Assembly: GCF_031769215.1 (NCBI RefSeq)
Contig: NW_026781960.1
Coordinates: forward strand, 62,001 to 126,000
From: Ylistrum balloti
Taxonomy: Eukaryota
Length of the DNA: 64,000 nt
Direction of reading: 5' to 3'
How positions within the stretch are numbered: the first letter of the stretch is position 1; each line of letters starts with the position of its first letter. Made by a program: the position numbers and the translations under genes. Below the pieces are notes generated by a model. That model was given only the letters and a program-made list of their open reading frames with translations. It was not told the DNA's origin and searched no databases. Below, piece by piece: positions 25,201 to 36,754 of the stretch.

Positions 25201-28200
25201 ATGTCAGATCGAATGGCAGGGTTGGTGAATACCATGTACGTACAGGTAGATATGAACAAAGTTTGTAGACTTGCTGAAGCTCTCAATCCTTTTATGAAGA
25301 TATAAGTGTTTTCCGCATGTTTATTACACTTGAAGGGGTCCTCAGATTCTGCTAACCTCGTATCACTGCACCAGATTAAGTCTGATACTCAACTTTCAAG
25401 ACTAGTTTTGTAAAGAAACAAAGTAATACTGTGATATAATGGGATATTTAATATACTGGTACAAAACATGAATTTATCGCAGATAATGATAAAAATGCAT
25501 GCAGATATTCAATCTTTTCTATCCTTGGTGAGTGTCAAATCCCTCTCAGTAACGTAATATATTATGTAAAGTGTTTCACAGAACACAGCACATACTTCAC
25601 CCTACTCCAATCTACCTACCATCAAAAGCGGAATAGGAAATTCCAGCATTTCTAATTTTCCGGATTGCTCTTCTCTTGTAGCCGTAAAAGAAAACTCATT
25701 CTGCTGGTCGTAGCTGTGATTTACATGTTCATAGCCGCTTTGGGATATTACGTCATCACTGACACAAGTTATGACGTCACACCAAAAGATGTTCGACGTT
25801 TGAGTATTCTCCTTAAATCGACCATAATAACAAATTGGAATGAAACAACTTATGATGTAGATACGTCATCAACGATACCGATCCAGAATGGGACAGTTCG
25901 GAAGTATTCGTGTGACGTCACCACGGAGCACCAGGATCTGCTGTGTGACGTAGTAGGTATAACTTGCGTCATATTTCAGCATTTCTTGGATATAAATTAT
26001 TGGAATTCAAAGGCAAGATGGCAGATGCTGTTCGAGGATATAAACCAATGGGTTACTTAATGACTATCATCTGTTCTACTATGAACGGTTTTACAAGAAT
26101 ATACAAGATTTCAGCTACAAATACTAAATGCTTTAGAGTCACAAATATCTTTTTTGGAACGTTATATTTTCGCGAATTACGGACTTACGTAAGTTATTAC
26201 TCTATATTGTGTGAGGGAAGACTCGGATTTATATCGTTTTATTTGATTGACACATAAATTATTTTTTACAATTAACTTCTCTTTTTCATTTATCGACAGT
26301 TACATAAGATAAAGGTAAAAGAGAAAAAATGTTTACACATAATCGCCCTTTACTACGTCTTTTTTCAGGCTAGACCTAATTTCCTGTCCAACTATAAAAA
26401 TCCATGCTGGAAGGAGTCCGCTAGTCCAGTTCAATGTATCCCGTACTTTCAGCTGATAGGAGTTGACAAATCTGGTACCACAGACTTATTCTATAGGCTT
26501 GTCCGTCATCCTCACGTGGAAGGTAACCAAGGTTACATCGGGAAGGAAACGTTCTGGTGGGCATGGAAACGTTACGGTAAGACCCCGTCCTCCTCTTACC
26601 TCTCCTGTTACCTGTACATTATGATTTCATTGTGATGGTGATTGTAAATGAGAACGAAAACTTCGGACTATCTAACGCCTTCCTTTCACTGAGAAGTATA
26701 AAACGCCTCCGATTCGAAACAACGAAACATGGGATAGATGTTGGCGGGTATCAGTGGAAGGCTTCCTTTATCACAAATAATATCTTTTTTAATATTTATG
26801 TTTGAAGGGCTGGATCTCCAAAAAACAGTTCCACGCAGAGACTTTGCGTATTACGTACATTTCTTCCAAGAAGCGGCTGCCACTATAGCGGGGACAGTAG
26901 ACGACTCGGGTTTTCATGACGTCATCACAGGTAAGGTTAGCCAAACATCGATCAAAATTGGTAGGGGTATCATGACATCAAAGAATGTATCTATAACCTA
27001 TCATGACGTCATCACAGGTAAGGATAGCCAATCATGGATCGATATCTCTACGGTATGATGACATTAGAAAATGTATGGATAGCCTATCATGACGTCATCA
27101 CAGGTATGAAAGTCAATCATGGATCGGTATCACTACGGTATCATGACATCATAAAATGTATTTTTAGCCTATCATGACGTCATCACAGGTAAGGATAGCC
27201 AATCATGGATCGATATTACTAGGGTATCATGACATCAGAAACTGTATCTATAGTCATTCGTTATGGGCATGCAATTGACAAATGAGCAACACTGTTATCA
27301 ATTTCATGGTTAAGATAAACAATAATTGGTGGAACACCAGACGTAGTATTAAATTCCAGTAAAATGATGAAATAGATGAAATTAGATATACTCATGTATT
27401 TTCTATTTGTTTATGATTTCCAATTACCACTATATACTCTGGTTTGAAGGAGATGGATCGCCGATGGATTTTTGGGATTTCCGTGGTTGGACAGACATCC
27501 CACAAAATGACGGTCTGAAGGATCCAGGGATACTTACTCCACATCTTATTCACCATATCAACCCGAACACCAAGTTTATCGTGCTCCTACGTGACCCTAT
27601 AGAGAGGTAGGGTTAACAACACCCACCCCCCACTCACCCACAACAACAGTGTTACACGACTTTCTTATCACTTAACCTGTTTACATTAATTCTTTGTGAT
27701 GGAATGACGAACAAAGGTGGCGTATGACCAACAACAATGCTTTTCGAAACTAGTTAGTTTCATGCAAGACTGACACGGTCGAGAAACGGTCTTGTTTCCA
27801 TGTCAACCAAGATTCAATGTGTTTGTAATACTATTCTTTTACAGGACAACATATCGTAGTTTGAGAAAAAAATGTTTTCTTTTTCTTTTTAGGTTATATT
27901 CAGATTACCACTTTCTGCCCATCAAAAGAGTTCGTACTCCCGAAACCTTCCATAGAGCCGTGTCAAGGTCGTTTGGTGTTCTGTCGTCCTGTCTCCATGG
28001 CAACACACTACGTCACTGTCTGTTTGACAGAAGTCTTCATCAACAGTTTAACAAAAATGTAATACTATCCATAGTATTGTTATTTAAAGCTACATGTATC
28101 GGAATTCAAATTAATACATTGTAAATATACATATCTTTTGAAGTCAATTTCGACATGTATGCTGACATATACGTTTAATTGCCTGTCATCGAAATTTAAC

Positions 28201-31200
28201 AAAAGTGCATTCTAAACTTCTAAACTTAATTTAAGTCGGCAGCTTTATTGTAACCATTGTTTTGTACTAGGTTATGATTGCCTTATGTTATAGAACCATT
28301 GTTTTGTACTAGGTTATGATTGCCTTATGTTATAGAACCATTGTTTGGTACTAGGTTATCATTGCCTGATGTTATAGAACCATTGTTTGGTACTTGGTTA
28401 TGATTGCCTTATGTTATAGAACCATTGTTTGGTACTTGGTTATGATTGCCTTATGTTAAAGAACCATTGTTTGGTACTTGGTTATGATTACCTGATGTTA
28501 AAGAACCATTGTTTGGTACTTGGTTATGATTACCTTATGTTAAAGAACCATTGTTTGGTACTTGGTTATGATTACCTTATGTTATAGAACCATTGTTTGG
28601 TACTTGGTTATGATTGCCTTATGTTAAAGAACCATTGTTTGGTACTTGGTTATCATTGCCTGATGTTAAAGAACCATTGTTTGGTACTTGGTTATGATTG
28701 CCTTATGTTAAAGAACCATTGTTTGGTACTTGGTTATGATTGCCTGATGTTAAAGAACCATTGTTTGGTACTTGGTTATCATTGCCTTATGTTAAAGAAC
28801 CATTGTTTTGTACTAGGTTATGATTGCCTTATGTTATAGAACCATTGTTTGGTACTTGGTTATGATTACCTTATGTTAAAGAACCATTGTTTTGTACTAG
28901 GTTATGATTGCCTTATGTTATAGAACCATTGTTTGGTACTTTGTTATCATTACCTTATGTTAAAGAACCATTGTTTGGTACTTGGTTATCATTGCCTGAT
29001 GTTAAAGAACCATTGTTTGGTACTTGGTTATGATTACCTTATGTTATAGAACCATTGTTTGGTACTTGGTTATCATTGCCTTATGTTAAAGAACCATTGT
29101 TTGGTACTAGGTTATCATTGCCTGATGTTAAAGAACCATTGTTTGGTACTTGCTTATCATTGCCTTATGTTAAAGAACCATTGTTTGGTACTTGGTTATG
29201 ATTGCCTGATGTTAAAGAACCATTGTTTGGTACTTGGTTATGATTACCTTATGTTATAGAACCATTGTTTGGTACTTGGTTATCATTGCCTTATGTTAAA
29301 GAACCATTGTTTGGTACTAGGTTATCATTGCCTGATGTTAAAGAACCATTGTTTGGTACTTGCTTATCATTGCCTTATGTTAAAGAACCATTGTTTGGTA
29401 CTTGGTTATCATTGCCTGATGTTAAAGAACCATTGCTTTGTACTAGGTTATGATTGCGTGTTGGTTAAGAACCATTGTTTGGTACTTGGTTATCATTGCC
29501 TGATGTTAAAGAACCATTGTTTGGTACTTGGTTATCATTGCCTGATGTTAAAGAACCATTGTTTGGTACATTGTTTGGTACTTGGTTATCATTGCCTGAT
29601 GTTAAAGAACCATTGTTTGGTACTTGGTTATCATTGCCTGATGTTAAAGAACCATTGTTTGGTACTTGGTTATGATTACCTTATGTTATAGAACCATTGT
29701 TTGGTACTTGGTTATCATTGCCTGATGTTAAAGAACCATTGCTTTGTACTAGGTTATGATTGCGTGTTGGTTAAGAACCATTGTTTGGTACTTGGTTATC
29801 ATTGCCTGATGTTAAAGAACCATTGGTTTGTACTAGGTTATGATTGCGTGTTGGTTAAGAACCATTGCTGTCACCTATGTGTGTTAAATGGTGGATGTTT
29901 TCATGGTTTCTGTCAGACATGTAAAGCCATTGTTTTTTTGCAGGCACGACTACACATAGGGTTTTATATTGTGTATCTTCATGAATGGTTCAAAGTTTTC
30001 CCAAGGAGTCAATTTCTGATCATACGATTTGAGGACTACATCAACAACATTCCAAAGTATATCAATCAAGTTTACAGATTTCTGGGTCTAGGTAAGGACT
30101 GTGTTATGTTACGGAATTAACGTACATTCCAAAGTATATCAATCAAGTTTACAGATTTCTGGGTCTAGGTAAGGACTGATTCTATAAACTAACAGATTAG
30201 ATCTGTGATATTAAAGCATTAGTGACGAAAACGACCGGGCGGATGTTTACAGAACTAGCGATGATAAACATTTATTTGGTGATTTTGACTAACATGGAAA
30301 TTATATTATGGTCGCGGGTGACATATTCAGAGACTGGAGACTGATTTCGTTGTTGCATTGACATCCTTAAAGAACCAAAAGATTCAAATAAAAGACGACA
30401 TGGATAAAAATGTGATAATTCCATATCACATTTTTTAATTAATCAAGACTAATGTGGTAATTAGATTTTGAAATACCAGTGACTTCTTTTTAATGACATG
30501 TAGCAAAAATGATGGGATACAAAATTATCTGAAAATTATATATGTGTTACCTACTTATGATGAATATACGAATCTAAATCTTGATAAATGTTTGTATTGC
30601 GGCACGAAAACAATAGTGAAATGAACATAGGATATACTCTATCGATTCTTAAAGCATCAGTTAATTGATTTCAGAATAAAAAAATCGGTCCATGATCTCA
30701 TTTCTCAAAATTCCATTTCCTTGAGCGATGGGAAGTTGCCCGTTATTTCAGACACAATGACTGGTAAGATGTAGGTTGTTGAAGACTATCGGACTCTTTC
30801 ATGGTTCGTATCGTAATTTCATCGGGATACTGTATATTCCAGTTTTTTGTATAATATGACGTTAGATGCTCTTTATGTCCATAAGTTTTGCCTGATTCTC
30901 TCAATTGTGAACGTGACATCACTTACCTGGATTGACGAAGTTTGGTATGTCGGATGTTGTCGATGAAGCAGAAAGTGCTTACCCTTCTGGAAAACCTGGT
31001 CTTTTTCTCCTTGCATTTTTTTCCAATGATTCCGTATAAATCTTCTTTATGAATTATTTTGTTCATAATTTCCATCGTATGGTTGGCTTTTTGTTTGTGT
31101 CGATTTGTCGATTTATCTATTGCAAGATATGACAAAATTAGAATTTGAACGTAAAGGTAAAATTTTCTTGAATTTCCACAGCTCCTGTATCCCTACAAGA

Positions 31201-31369
31201 GACAGCCGTCCTTGGTATCCTTAGCCCCGTCCGTGAAAACGTTACTAAGCGGAAGGTCATGGCCAGACCAATGTTGAACAAAACCAGAGACATTCTCAGA
31301 GATATCTACCAACCTTTCAATGAGGAGCTCTCCAAAGTTTTAAAGAACGAGGAGTTTTTATGGCTTTGA
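25201..31369 (+). CDS. CHST15: Carbohydrate sulfotransferase 15-like (GalNAc4S-6ST family), type II Golgi membrane protein, 431 aa
   Basis: Exons 25201-25235, 25682-25952, 26369-26576, 26808-26930, 27450-27606, 27893-28058, 29944-30091, 31182-31369. All junctions are GT-AG with matching phases (1296 nt). Features: TM segment RKRKLILLVVAVIYMFIAALGYYVI; 5'-PSB motif FQLIGVDKSGTTDLF and KETFWW; 3'-PB motif KFIVLLRDPIERLYSDY; RLHIGFYIVYLHEWFKVFPRSQFLIIRFEDY; C-terminal DILRDIYQPFNEELSKVL. The first exon is the least certain. Confidence 0.92.
26914..27250 (+). repeat. ~86-bp tandem repeat (4 copies) containing the CHST15-like exon 4 3' end and donor site
   Basis: CATGACGTCATCACAG|GTA recurs with exon-end positions 26930, 27017, ~27103 and ~27188. 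Confidence 0.9.
28255..29870. repeat. Minisatellite, 42-bp unit, ~38 copies, intron 6 of the CHST15-like gene
   Basis: Unit GAACCATTGTTTGGTACTTGGTTATSATTGCCTKATGTTAAA. Explains the LVLGYHCLMLKNHC ORFs. Confidence 0.95.
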
Positions 31370-31768
31370 AAACAAAGACATTTCAAATTAATCCGATAAT
31401 TTTATGAAAACTTCCATTTTTGGCGAATCCTTTTCCAAAAATTTATTTACATCCAATTCAGTTTTACTGGATGGTCTTTGATTAATGTTTCACTGATGCA
31501 TGGTTGTTATTGTCATGAGGTATTTCTATGTGTTTTATGGTCAATATTTATTGGGTGATTCAGATACATTTCATGGTCAGTGTTCATCGAGTGTTTAAGA
31601 GATATAATGGAAATTAGAATGTTTTCTGTAGGGTAGATATTTAGTAATGTTTGGTACAATGATATCTGTATTATATATTCCAGACAACAGTAAAACATTT
31701 TAACATTGTAAAGCAAACATCCTGATGATACAATAAAATATTCTACGGTAAAAATTAATTATTATTTC

Positions 31769-34700
31769 ATAGGGCGGTCTTGTGGTTAAAGATAGAGGGA
31801 TATTCTATAGGGCGGTCTTGTGGTTAAAGATAGAGGGATATTTCATAGGGCGGTCTTGTGGTTAAAGATAGAGGGATATTTTATAGGGCGGTCTTGTGGT
31901 AAAAGATATAGGGATATTTTATAGGGCGGTCTTGTGGTTAAAGATAGAGGGATATTCTATAGGGCGGTCTTGTGGTTAAAGATAGAGGGATATTCTATAG
32001 GGCGGTCTTGGGGTTAAAGATAGAGGGATATTCTATAGGGCGGTCTTGGGGTTAAAGATAGCGTGATATTTTATAGGGCGGTCTTGTGGTTAAAGATAGC
32101 GTGATATTTTATAGGGCGGTCTTGTGGTTAAAGATAGAGGGATATTCTATAGGGCGGTCTTGGGGTTAAAGATAGCGTGATATTTTATAGGGCGGTCTTG
32201 GGGTTAAAGATAGCGTGATATTTTATAGGGCGGTCTTGTGGTTAAAGATAGAGGGATATTTTATAGAGCGGTCTTGGGGTTAAAGATAGAGGGATATTCT
32301 ATAGGGCGGTCTTGGGGTTAAAGATAGCGTGATATTTTATAGGGCGGTCTTGTGGTTAAAGATAGAGGGATATTCTATAGGGCGGTCTTGTGGTTAAAGA
32401 TAGAGGGATATTCTATAGGGCGGTCTTGGGGTTAAAGATAGCGTGATATTTTATAGGGCGGTCTTGTGGTTAAAGATAGAGGGATATTTTATAGGGCGGT
32501 CTTGTGGTTAAAGATAGCGTGATATTTTATAGGGCGGTCTTGTGGTTAAAGATAGAGGGATATTTTATAGGGCGGTCTTGTGGTTAAAGATAGAGGGATA
32601 TTTTATAGGGCGGTCTTGTGGTTAAAGATAGCGTGATATTTTATAGGGCGGTCTTTTGTGGTTAAAGATAGCGTGATATTTTATAGGGCGGTCTTGTGGT
32701 TAAAGATAGAGGGATATTTTATAGGGCGGTCTTGGGGTTAAAGATAGCGTGATATTTTATAGGGCGGTCTTGTGGTTAAAGATAGAGGGATATTTTATAG
32801 GGCGGTCTTGGGGTTAAAGATAGCGTGATATTTTATAGGGCGGTCTTGTGGTAAAAGATAGAGGGATATTTCATAGGGTGGTCTTGTGGTTAAAGATAGA
32901 GTGATATTTCATAGGGCGGTCTTGTGGTTAAAGATAGAGTGATATTTTATAGGGCGGTCTTGTGGTTAAAGATAGAGTGATATTTTATAGGGCGGTCTTG
33001 TGGTTAAAGATAGAGTGATATTTTATAGGGCGGTCTTGTGGTTAAAGATAGAGTGATATTTTATAGGGCGGTCTTGTGGTTAAAGATAGAGTGATATTTT
33101 ATAGGGCGGTCTTGTGGTTAAAGATAGAGTGATATTTTATAGGGCGGTCTTGTGGTTAAAGATAGAGTGATATTTTATAGGGCGGTCTTGTGGTTAAAGG
33201 TAGAGTGATATTTTATAGGGCGGTCTTGTGGTTAAAGATAGAGGGATATTTTATAGGGCGGTCTTGTGGTTAAAGATAGAGTGATATTTTATAGGGCGGT
33301 CTTGTGGTTAAAGATAGAGTGATATTTTATAGGGCGGTCTTGTGGTTAAAGATAGAGTGATATTTTATAGGGCGGTCTTGTGGTTAAAGATAGAGTGATA
33401 TTTTATAGGGCGGTCTTGTGGTTAAAGATAGAGTGATATTTTATAGGGCGGTCTTGTGGTTAAAGATAGAGTGATATTTTATAGGGCGGTCTTGTGGTTA
33501 AAGATAGAGTGATATTTTATAGGGCGGTCTTGTGGTTAAAGATAGAGGGATATTCTATAGGGCGGTCTTGGGGTTAAAGATAGAGGGATATTTCATAGGG
33601 CGGTCTTGTGGTAAAAGATATAGGGATATTTTATAGGGCGGTCTTGTGGTTAAAGATAGAGTGATATTCCATATGGCGGTCTTGGGGTTAAAGATAGAGG
33701 GATATTTTATAGGGCGGTCTTGTGGTTAAAGATAGAGGGATATTTTATAGGGCGGTCTTGGGGTTAAAGATAGAGGGATATTTTATAGGGCGGTCTTTTT
33801 GTTAAAGATAGAGGGATATTTTATAGGGCGGTCTTGGGGTTAAAGATAGAGGGATATTTTATAGGGCGGTCTTGGGGTTAAAGATAGAGGGATATTTTAT
33901 AGGGCGGTCTTGTGGTAAAAGATAGAGGGATATTTCATAGGGCGGTCTTGGGGTTAAAGATAGAGGGATATTTCATAGGGCGGTCTTGTGGTTAAAGATA
34001 GAGGGATATTTTATAGGGCGGTCTTGTGGTTAAATATATAGGGATATTTTATAGGGCGGTCTTGGGGTTAAAGATAGAGTGGTATTCTATAGGGCGGTCT
34101 TGTGGTTAAAGATAGAGTGATATTTTATAGGGCGGTCTTGTGGTTAAAGATAGAGTGATATTTTATAGGGCGGTCTTGTGGTTAAAGATAGAGTGATATT
34201 CTATAGGGCGGTCTTGTGGTTAAAGATAGAGGGATATTTTATAGGGCGGTCTTGGGGTTAAAGATAGAGGGATATTTTATAGGGCGGTCTTGTGGTTAAA
34301 GATAGAGGGATATTTTATAGGGCGGTCTTGGGGTTAAAGATAGAGGGATATTTTATAGGGCGGTCTTGGGGTTAAAGATAGAGGGATATTTTATAGGGCG
34401 GTCTTGTGGTAAAAGATAGAGGGATATTTCATAGGGCGGTCTTGGGGTTAAAGATAGAGGGATATTTCATAGGGCGGTCTTGTGGTTAAAGATAGAGGGA
34501 TATTTTATAGGGCGGTCTTGTGGTTAAATATATAGGGATATTTTATAGGGCGGTCTTGGGGTTAAAGATAGAGTGGTATTCTATAGGGCGGTCTTGTGGT
34601 TAAAGATAGAGTGATATTTTATAGGGCGGTCTTGTGGTTAAAGATAGAGTGATATTTTATAGGGCGGTCTTGTGGTTAAAGATAGAGTGATATTTTATAG

Positions 34701-34965
34701 GGCGGTCTTGTGGTAAAAGATAGAGTGATATTCTATAGGGCGGTCTTGTGGTTAAAGATAGAGGGATATTTCATAGGGCGGTCTTGTGGTTAAAGATAGA
34801 GGGATATTTTATAGGGCGGTCTTGTGGTTAAAGATAGAGGGATATTTTATAGGGCGGTCTTGGGATTAAAGATAGAGGGATATTTCATAAGGCGGTCTTG
34901 GGGTTAAAAATAGAGTGATATTTCATAAGGCGGTCTTGGGGTTAAAGATAGAGGGATATTCTATA
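31769..34965. repeat. Minisatellite, 38-bp unit, ~84 copies
   Basis: Unit ATAGGGCGGTCTTGTGGTTAAAGATAGAGKGATATTTT. Confidence 0.96.
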
Positions 34966-35614
34966 ACCTGTTGTAATTGGAAGAAAAACATTAAATCTAT
35001 TAAGGGGTGGATGACTCCTAATCTAGAATTTAATTTTCCTTTAGATCCTGTGTATATAGTTTTCTCATTCCCTCCTAGGTTTTAAATTGTAGGCCCTTGA
35101 TGCAGTCTCTTACTCAAAATTTGTTTTGAAAGTTGCTATACACTTGTGTATATTTTGCACTTTCTTTAATTTATTCCAGTTCAGATGAATGACTACTACC
35201 TCTTTCCAATAAATGTGGTGATTCGCTCCAATGTTCCCTGTGTCACCAGCACTAGAACAACCCATGTTGTGATCGCTGATATCATTGAAATACTGTTATG
35301 TTGTATAGAATACCATCCATTGAAAAATCATCTTCACCATGAATATGTTCTTAAAAGAAAAAAAAACATATTTCTTGTACATTCATCCATCGACATGCTT
35401 TCCCTGGTATTAGTCTATCTATAGATTTAAAGTCATCAACTTTTGCCTGTATATATTGACAGTCCCTTTCTTGCCTCATATTAAAAAATTGTAACCATTA
35501 AACACTCCATATTTGTGACAGACTTCTCATTCTTGGAAGAGTTATGTCCCCATACACAGAGGTTTGGTGTTTGATGTAGGCGTTCAATTTCTTGTTTTTG
35601 TCTGGAAATGTATA

Positions 35615-36062
35615 AGAGTGTGGCAGTGCTACCTTTTCGTATAAGAGTGTGGCAGTATTACATTTTGTATAAGAGTGTGGCAGTATTACATTTTGTATAA
35701 GAGTGTGGCAGTATTACATTTTGTATAAGAGTGTGGCAGTATTACATTTTGTATAAGAGTGTGGCAGTATTACATTTTGTGTAAGAGTGTGGCAGTATTC
35801 CATTTTGTGTAAGAGTGTGGCAGTATTACATTTTGTGTAAGAGTGTGGCAGTATTCCATTTTGTTTAAGAGTGTGGCAGTATTACATTTTGTGTAAGAGT
35901 GTGGCAGTATTACATTTTGTATAAGAGTGTGGCAGTATTACATTTTGTTTAAGAGTGTGGCAGTATTACATTTTGTATAAGAGTGGCAGTATTACATTTT
36001 GTGTTAGAGTGTGGCAGTATTACATTTTGTATAAGAGTGTGGCAGTATTACATTTTGTATAA
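35615..36062. repeat. Minisatellite, 28-bp unit, ~16 copies
   Basis: Unit GTATAAGAGTGTGGCAGTATTACATTTT. Confidence 0.95.
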
Positions 36063-36389
36063 GTACGGACGATTTACGTGGGAACATTTATAACACGGAG
36101 ACATGTGCTGTTACAGGCTTTTTAACTTACTTTTACTTGTTTGTAACGGTCCATAATTCCGTAATGTCCTGGCGTTTTTGTTTTATTTTTTCTCTTACAA
36201 TAGCGAGCATTAACGAGAAGGAATAAGCAGAATGAAATCGAATGATAAACTGTTATTTTTATTTGGAATGATGATAAAAGAGCTACACAAAGAAAGTTGT
36301 AAATCATTCTGAATGAATGCAGCTTACCATAGAGATGCCCGAGACTAAAAACATACCAACATGGCAACATAATCACAATTCAAACTCAC

Positions 36390-36740
36390 ATTCCATTAAC
36401 CGAGGGCAAAATGTGAACAAAACAAAGATTCACATGGAAACTTCTGTAATAGAACATAGAGAATAAGTCCAGGTGTCCCGGAAAAATAAGTATCTTCGGT
36501 TTCCAAGATAGTAATGTCACATTCTCATTTTGTTTTTTAAAGAAAAAGATCGAGAAAAAACAACTTGATGTAGAAGAGTCTGTCGTATCTTTCATTTCTA
36601 GTTCTGGTGGATACATACGATGGACATAGTATAAATTTCTTGTTATTTAAAGACAAGACGTCATCAATATATCTAAAGGTGAAATTAAACGACTTTGCAC
36701 TATCTTTTTTACCTGTTTTGAAACAAAGTACATAAATGTA
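36390..36740 (-). mobile_element. Penelope-like retroelement reverse transcriptase fragment, frameshifted and truncated
   Basis: Minus-strand frames give KTGKKDSAKSFNFTFRYIDDVLSLNN (YIDD catalytic motif) and YPPELEMKDTTDSSTS, matching the RYIDDVLSxNN...YPxELExKDTT signature of Penelope-like RTs common in molluscs. The fragment is cut upstream by the 56-bp array. Confidence 0.75.
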
Positions 36741-36754
36741 ACAACGTATCACAG

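Noticed and set aside
25665-26060. ORF-track start (TTG) and end for the sulfotransferase first exon
   Set aside because: There is an in-frame stop at 25653-25655. A better model uses acceptor 25681 and donor 25953 with an upstream ATG exon at 25201-25235.
28597-30120. Cys/His/Leu-rich repeat ORFs (LVLGYHCLMLKNHC)
   Set aside because: Intronic 42-bp minisatellite; only 29944-30091 is a real exon.
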